Virus record (IMG/VR): IMGVR_UViG_3300020044_010657
Span: 1 to 39,011 of that record
DNA from: a virus
Taxonomy: Duplodnaviria; Caudoviricetes
DNA: 39,011 bases
Strand: one strand, 5' to 3'
The notes under the pieces were generated by a model, which was not told the DNA's origin, did not search any database, and saw only the letters and a list, made by a program, of their open reading frames with translations. Positions within the stretch are counted from its first letter, which is position 1. Every line of letters begins with the position of its first letter. Below, in pieces: positions 34,501-39,011 of the stretch. The position numbers and the translations under genes are program-made.

Positions 34501-35969
34501 GCTGAATACTGACCAGTTAGCGTGTTTCTTATGACGCCCAAACCATTTGACAATGCTGTTAACGCTGCATTTGCTCGTTCAGCAATAGTTCCTGCTATTA
34601 TTCTTGCGGTTACAATAGCCCTTAACTGAGCATATCTAAACTGCATTGTAGTCAAATAAACAGTTGCTCCTGCCAATAGGGTTATTGCAGTAGAGTTATC
34701 GTTTATAAACTTAGGTAGATTTCTGAGGAACTCAATGAAAGACCTACCCCCACTTACAAGCGCGTTGAAGGCAGGTAAAAGACCTTCCCCGACAACGCGA
34801 AGCAATTCAGACCATTCCTCTTTAAGCCTTGCAAGTCTACCTTGGGTTGTGTTAGCAAGAGCGTTTGTAAGATTGAAGAATTTACCACCTTCACTTGTTG
34901 CTGTAATAAAGGCTTGATTAACCTGCTCAAAAGTCACAAGACCTTTTCGCATCTCATCTTTCAATTGACCAAAAGATTTACCTGTTGTGCGTGAAATCTC
35001 TTGAAGCGGATTGAAACCAGCGTTAATCAACTGAAGCAAATCCTGTCCATACAAACGACCTGCCGCGCGTACCTGACCAAATACAAGTGCAATTCTTTCA
35101 AGTGGCGCACCTGTTCCTCCCGCAACATCACCAAGTCTTTTGATGATTGGAATAAGTTCGTTTGCCGCAACGCCATATCCAAGAAGGGTGCGCGATGCTT
35201 TGAAAACCTCATCCACCGTAAATGGAGTTTCGGCCGCAAACTGACGAAGGGCTTTAATCTTTTGCTCAGCAAGAGTAGCATTGCCTATAAATGTTGTAAA
35301 CGCAACCCTTAACACCTCATAATCACTTGCCGCTTTAATCGCTGCTCTACCCAAAGACGCCACAGAAGCCGCAATTGCAACACCCCCAAGTGCAAGACCC
35401 GTACGGGCAATTACGTTACGAAGACGAATAAAGTTAGTGCTTGAGTTTGCTACTGCTTGCGAAATAAAATTTACGCTTTGAGCAAGCCCACCAACTTGTT
35501 GTTGCGCCTGTGCTGCGTTAGTTCTAAAATTAACCTGTCTTGGTCGTGTGATATTGTTTATTTGCTGTTGCGCATTATTAAGAGCCGTAGTGTTTACGGT
35601 AATTGTAACCCTCTGCTTTAACTGATTAATCAGATTAAGCAATCCTTGCAAAGCTTGTCTTGCTTGTGATGTCTGCGCCTGGACAGTTATGTTTGTCTTT
35701 TTATCAGCCTTTGATAAAGAATCACTCAAACGCTTTATCTCAGCAGTAGCACCTTTAGTGTCAATTTTAAGCGAAACAGTCTTTCTACTTAGCTGAGTGA
35801 TTGCACTATTGATATTATTAATTCTACCCGTAGCTTGTGTTGTATCAACACCTACCTTGATAGTAGCCTTTTTCTGTATAAGGTCAAGAGCGCGAGTTAT
35901 CTTAGCAAGCTCCTGTGTTGCTTGAGTAGTATTTGCTGTGACTTGAAAAGTAACATTCTTAACTGCCAT
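31524..35969 (-). CDS. Tail tape measure protein
   Basis: FAAETPF...FGQVRAAGRLYGQDLLQL domain, ANPLGL, long coiled coil, C-terminal FAKGGYTGDGGKY..AGTVHKGEFV. Confidence 0.95.
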   Translation of the reverse strand: MAVKNVTFQVTANTTQATQELAKITRALDLIQKKATIKVGVDTTQATGRINNINSAITQLSRKTVSLKIDTKGATAEIKRLSDSLSKADKKTNITVQAQTSQARQALQGLLNLINQLKQRVTITVNTTALNNAQQQINNITRPRQVNFRTNAAQAQQQVGGLAQSVNFISQAVANSSTNFIRLRNVIARTGLALGGVAIAASVASLGRAAIKAASDYEVLRVAFTTFIGNATLAEQKIKALRQFAAETPFTVDEVFKASRTLLGYGVAANELIPIIKRLGDVAGGTGAPLERIALVFGQVRAAGRLYGQDLLQLINAGFNPLQEISRTTGKSFGQLKDEMRKGLVTFEQVNQAFITATSEGGKFFNLTNALANTTQGRLARLKEEWSELLRVVGEGLLPAFNALVSGGRSFIEFLRNLPKFINDNSTAITLLAGATVYLTTMQFRYAQLRAIVTARIIAGTIAERANAALTALSNGLGVIRNTLTGQYSAALVVQTVATRTASAAQAAFNAVVAANPLGLLLTILATVAAAYYTFGDAVDSANDNFIDANEAFNELEVTAQKATNEQTKALKTLVDTAKNSKKSDEERKAAIEQINKEYKTQLEFGSDELKLVKQLDSAYAILKTTISQTNREKAAGAIKEKLDQQIADVQLELLNVASKANVKIPLELITDDAEIQSGFKQTQAIIQSALDEANFNVPNSLERAADQLFSIAYPNAAVQAQYGADVKINNVLLERANAVQTLDVQLKKLIESYGVLGALSKETEQVAATEVYDPNADEEADKKRKDRLRKLKEFEDEYASLLDRIRKNNEDIGKQRIEFEFVNAADFEEEIVKLKQLDRINEDTVDREIDREISSIRRKEITEQQKNTLIQQLEIIRGQEQEKRAKDLEKRLYEIERDGLVERRKLANELGDAYQELTNQRLDAELDSLDKLRDQIDEFYQDIFDDNPFAKGRFIAAPRVEFGGTEFQFEDVIQPPTEALEKLKETFKEISDLGLPSQDTLQLRTQLIDDFNLKYQTTLQYVENEFDLQAELNKEYQKRIKQAKELYDAQNKPPKRQNIFQFSRGVQERGQEDPFVREVENSQREYFSLLSEREKNEVKRREDKRNAEIALLDENYALNLKAVNDEKKIKKDALDLELFLINSSSDSQAEKSKKTRLANIQYQIEIGNIEQGYKDLRLEIEKNIAVESDKGLKITKINVEAETEIDGIRKTFAERRRERQKKDTEAINENNEAQLAVIKEERDARIQAFQDITLAFLDFQKVFIDGQIQQTEAAISAQEKRVSEAQRIADKGNVILLKAEQERLDKLNRQRAAFVRQQQNLAAVEIAVNSAIAVAKAATQPGAPLTIVAILAAMAVGFAQARAQANAAATFAKGGYTGDGGKYQEAGTVHKGEFVITAEKTRQYRPLLEAIHTGRKPELATMINERAVVINNKSTDERLERIEKAIVGQKGLQLSIDENGINGIVSRITYKNQRINNRAR

Positions 35970-35973
35970 TGTT

Positions 35974-36192
35974 TTAACTTCTTAGTGATGTTCGTTTTGC
36001 TTTGTTGTTGCTTCCACTATCACTTGATGTTCCTTTCTCGTACGCATCAGCCCTTTCTTCTGCAATCCGAATATAAGTACTTAAAGTCATATAATACTCG
36101 TCTACACTTAAAGATTCCAACACTTTCATCTCTGATACCTTGTTATCACAAATCAACTGATTCATGTGATTGATATCGTCTATGTAGGTCAT
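35974..36192 (-). CDS. Tail assembly chaperone, GT-like downstream ORF
   Basis: 72 aa directly before TMP, in the -1 frame relative to the upstream ORF. Confidence 0.65.
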   Translation of the reverse strand: MTYIDDINHMNQLICDNKVSEMKVLESLSVDEYYMTLSTYIRIAEERADAYEKGTSSDSGSNNKAKRTSLRS

Positions 36193-36773
36193 TATCTCTT
36201 GCTGAGCAAATATTTCTTTATTCTTTCCGCGTTTTGGGCGTTCTGAAGCAAATACTCTTGTATATCTATTTCTGACATTTCTGAATAATTCATTGTGAAC
36301 TCGAACGCCCTTTGGACAAAAAAATTGAAAGCCTCCTTGTTCTCTTTGATATACTCAACCTTTTTTACTCTTTCCACTTCGCTGAAATCAGTCTCATCCT
36401 CGCCCTCTAAAACAAAATAAGCAGCCGCAAGGTTGATTAAAGTCTCTTCTTCACCAATAAAGTTTAATCTAAATTCAATTTCATTTAGTATGACGAACAA
36501 ATCAACGATTTTACCATTGTTTGCATGCTCTTTCATCTTACCCATTAGCTCAAGCAAGGACTCTTTGCTGATGTTCATTTCCTGGAACTTGGTTGCAACC
36601 TCAGCCGCAATAGCTCTTTTTGCAGGAATAGTGACTGCACTTTGAAACTCATACCAATTTCTACCAAGTGAATCTGTAAAAATGGGTGTTAAAGGTATTT
36701 GCGAACCTGTTTTTACGACATTTTCTACCTTAATACTCTCTGTTTGTTGTTGTTTTCTCTTAAACCAATTCAT
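36192..36773 (-). CDS. Tail assembly chaperone, G-like
   Basis: 193 aa acidic helical protein two genes upstream of TMP; internal T7 run. Confidence 0.65.
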   Translation of the reverse strand: MNWFKRKQQQTESIKVENVVKTGSQIPLTPIFTDSLGRNWYEFQSAVTIPAKRAIAAEVATKFQEMNISKESLLELMGKMKEHANNGKIVDLFVILNEIEFRLNFIGEEETLINLAAAYFVLEGEDETDFSEVERVKKVEYIKENKEAFNFFVQRAFEFTMNYSEMSEIDIQEYLLQNAQNAERIKKYLLSKR

Positions 36774-36889
36774 TTTTTACCTTTTTTCTTTGATTTATTT
36801 AGTGATGCTGTGCAAATAGCATAAGCAGATGATTTGCTCTTGCCTGTTTTTATCACATCTGTGACACATCGTTCAAGTTTCTTTGGCAT
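36770..36889 (-). CDS. 39-aa basic two-Cys peptide (not in ORF track)
   Basis: MPKKLERCVTDVIKTGKSKSSAYAICTASLNKSKKKGKK; starts 1 nt after the terL stop, ATGA overlap with the next gene. Confidence 0.8.
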   Translation of the reverse strand: MPKKLERCVTDVIKTGKSKSSAYAICTASLNKSKKKGKK

Positions 36890-36890
36890 T

Positions 36891-38165
36891 TTAGGCTTGT
36901 TTTAAATATCTAACAAAGTTACTATGAAATGACCACAAATAATATCGGAAGCAGTCAAGCAAGTGTGTTTTTGTTGCGTCTCTTGCCTTGTCAATAGCAC
37001 CACTTTCGTTACTCTCAACAGCCATTAAGTCTCCAATCAAGAATTGACAGCTTGCGTCAATCAAAAAGTCTGGGTGTTTTTCTAAAAGCGAGTTTAAAAG
37101 TACCCTTGAGTTCTTGATAGATGGATTGAAAGATGGAACACGGAAAGAGCTGCGTGTGATTTGCAACTGCTCTTTGATAATCATGTAGTAGTTCATAGCA
37201 CCTTTGGTCATAGCAGACCTGTTTGCTCCTGATGCGTCACCTGTTACAATGAAAGGTGTATCACCATATTCCTTTTGAATGGCCTCACAAAGAGCAAAGA
37301 TGTCTGAGTTGCGAAGCCTAAACTCTTTCAGTATTCTAATCTTGCCACCATAGTGCTGAGCTGATATGCATGTAATCGGGTCTACGTTAAAGTCAAAGGA
37401 CAAATACAAGTCTTCATTTGGATTGTACTTCAAATTAGGCTTAACCGTTTTGTTCTTGTCAAAGGCGTAGGCAAAAGGTCTATCCACATCAACTGCATCC
37501 CAATTGCCATCTACGAAGATTGCCCGTGTAATTTCATCCAGGTTATTTAAGCTCTCAATGTAATCCTCAGGTAATAAAGTATTATCAGCCATTGTAGCAG
37601 GTAAATAAAAATGCTTATCAGGCATATTCCGCTCTATATATGGCTTGTAAAACTTTTGTTTAGTCCAATTTTGGCTTGGGTTGCAAGTAATAAATATGAG
37701 TTTTGGGGGCATTGGACTGATGATGTTACGCCCACAACGAAGGATAGCCTTGTTAAAAGTCCTTTCCTGCAACTCTTGTCCTTCTTCAAGGAAAAAAAAG
37801 TTACCTTCCAATCCATCAAACTGAGTCAAATCCTTGTCATTTTGGAAGTTCTCTGAGATAAATTGCAGTTCACTTCCATTCTTAAAGATAACCAACTTGT
37901 CTTGCTGATTGTATTTTTTGACAAAAGATTTAGGGCATAGTTTAAAAAAGCTCTTGATAGAAGTCTTCTTCAACCTTGGCAAACTTTCCCTGACTACAAA
38001 TGAACGTGAACCTGGGTAAAACTTAGCAAGCATAATAGCAATAGCCATTGTAACATAGGTCTTTCCACCACCTGCCGCTCCTCCGTACATCAAGTAGCTA
38101 TAATTACCACTCAATGCAGCCTCAATAAACTCCTTCTGCTTAGGAAAAGGTTCAAATGCTACCAT
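36891..38165 (-). CDS. terL: Terminase large subunit
   Basis: Walker A GGAAGGGKT, Walker B FFFLEEGQ, motif III TCNP, nuclease DFNVDP and HLLDCFRY. Confidence 0.95.
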   Translation of the reverse strand: MVAFEPFPKQKEFIEAALSGNYSYLMYGGAAGGGKTYVTMAIAIMLAKFYPGSRSFVVRESLPRLKKTSIKSFFKLCPKSFVKKYNQQDKLVIFKNGSELQFISENFQNDKDLTQFDGLEGNFFFLEEGQELQERTFNKAILRCGRNIISPMPPKLIFITCNPSQNWTKQKFYKPYIERNMPDKHFYLPATMADNTLLPEDYIESLNNLDEITRAIFVDGNWDAVDVDRPFAYAFDKNKTVKPNLKYNPNEDLYLSFDFNVDPITCISAQHYGGKIRILKEFRLRNSDIFALCEAIQKEYGDTPFIVTGDASGANRSAMTKGAMNYYMIIKEQLQITRSSFRVPSFNPSIKNSRVLLNSLLEKHPDFLIDASCQFLIGDLMAVESNESGAIDKARDATKTHLLDCFRYYLWSFHSNFVRYLKQA

Positions 38166-38434
38166 ATACGCTTTTTAAAATATTGCCGTTCAAATGAATA
38201 CTTATGAAGCTCAAAATAAGCCTCAATATCCTTCCAATCAAGGTAATCTTCCCTCTCAAAGTCATTAATCGTATTATTACGATGGATAATCTCATAATCA
38301 GTCAATCTCGTTTGGATATACCTGTCAACCATCCTGATATTACTCGGACTCCTACAAAGAGAGCCAATCAATAACTCAATCTCAGGTATGGTAAAGCTCA
38401 ACCTACCACGAATATACTTTGGTAACTCCCACAT
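38159..38434 (-). CDS. Hypothetical protein
   Basis: 91 aa, overlaps the terL start. Confidence 0.75.
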   Translation of the reverse strand: MWELPKYIRGRLSFTIPEIELLIGSLCRSPSNIRMVDRYIQTRLTDYEIIHRNNTINDFEREDYLDWKDIEAYFELHKYSFERQYFKKRIW

Positions 38435-38435
38435 A

Positions 38436-38660
38436 TTAATTCAACCAAATACGTTCCTCTATCTCATCGTACACATTACAATAAAACATGTACTCATTAC
38501 CCAACTTATCACTTATGTCTAAACGGCATATCGTGTATTCAATCTTGGCTAAAACATATTCAGTATAGGCAAGTGCCTGTAAGATACCTCCATGCTCAGC
38601 AATAGCATTAGAAGCAAACCTTCTAACAACATTCTACTCAGCTTTAGTCATATTATTCAT
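38436..38660 (-). pseudogene. 74-codon ORF interrupted by in-frame TAG at codon 9 (error or pseudogene)
   Basis: MNNMTKAE*NVVRRFASNAIAEHGG...RIWLN; fits tightly between terS and the next gene. Confidence 0.55.
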
Positions 38661-38662
38661 GT

Positions 38663-39011
38663 TTAAGTAAACTTAATAACCTGGTCGCCAATCTTAAACA
38701 CCTGCTCGTCAGCAACAGCCTCATGCAAGCCTTCATTGTTCCAACTCATTGGGTCACAGTTCTTTAACGCAAAGATGATAGCAGTCACATTAGGCTTAAC
38801 AAAGCTCCTCTTCTTGCTCTCAGACCGACCAACAGAATCACCAATCTTATTGAACCTCTCAACACTCTCCGTTTCTTCAATAAAATAGCCCTCTATTGCC
38901 TTTTCTAAGGCTGATTGAGCCTTTTCTATCAGTTCTGATTTATATGCGCTTGTTGCCTCTCTTTTAGCGTTTTTATATTGCTCAGCTCATTCAGCGTATC
39001 TTTTTCAGTAC
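38663..39011 (-). CDS. terS: Terminase small subunit, 5'-truncated (two in-frame TGA in the last 25 nt of the window)
   Basis: AEQYKNAK...ALEKAIEGY...KPNVTAIIFALKNCDPMSW pattern of phage TerS; upstream of terL. Confidence 0.7.

Larger units (their letters stand above)
1..39011. mobile_element. Tailed bacteriophage genome (siphovirus-like, probable Bacteroidota host), near-complete
   Basis: TerL, portal, capsid-sized protein, tape measure, amidase/holin/spanin, Bet, SSB and DUF1376 initiator in two convergent arms; no host housekeeping genes; both ends fall inside ORFs. Confidence 0.95.

Noticed and set aside
36811-36822. TGCTATTTGCA as a late promoter
   Set aside because: It does not match TAnnTTTG and lies within the coding sequence of the 39-aa peptide.
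15562-37856. Numerous + strand track ORFs within the late arm (and - strand ORFs within the early arm)
   Set aside because: They are antisense shadows of longer, motif-bearing genes and have no leaders or recognisable motifs.
1-39011. Genome-wide stop-codon reassignment
   Set aside because: Long genes are intact under code 11; TAG (4082, 8017, 13048) and TGA (many ATGA overlaps) act as real stops.
1-39011. Integrase, reverse transcriptase/DGR, CRISPR array or anti-phage defence island
   Set aside because: No catalytic motifs or repeat-spacer arrays recognised. A short missing genome segment could still hold such genes.

Overview
The window is a near-complete genome of a tailed dsDNA phage, probably siphovirus-like: it has a tape measure and a putative tube protein, and no sheath, integrase or DNA polymerase was recognised. 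The host is most likely Bacteroidota, inferred from TTTG/TAnnTTTG promoters and A-rich leaders without Shine-Dalgarno sites. There are two convergent arms. The + arm (1-14550) holds small early genes separated by hairpin/CA-rich leaders, a truncated beta-clamp-like protein, Bet, a DUF1376 initiator containing an iteron origin, SSB, lipoproteins, a tRNA-like element, six paralogues of one small protein, a MazG-like NTP-PPase, a HAD protein, HTH proteins and a VRR-NUC. The - arm (39011-14547) holds terS/terL, tail chaperones, tape measure, tail tip, portal, scaffold, capsid, tube, amidase, holin, u-spanin and neck genes. The strongest candidate for an undescribed system is a cysteine-rich outer virion, with Cys absent from the internal and transient proteins, co-encoded with a 4-TM membrane protein whose CxxC is predicted to face the cytoplasm and with two tiny Cys-bearing peptides. 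Together these suggest a phage-encoded disulfide-stapling pathway (inference). Other notable signals are a self-contained antisense-oriented sRNA unit (promoter plus terminator) in the lysis region, an attenuator-like leader before the capsid gene, and a tRNA mimic with a shrunken anticodon arm. All family calls come from motif recognition by eye; no searches were run.
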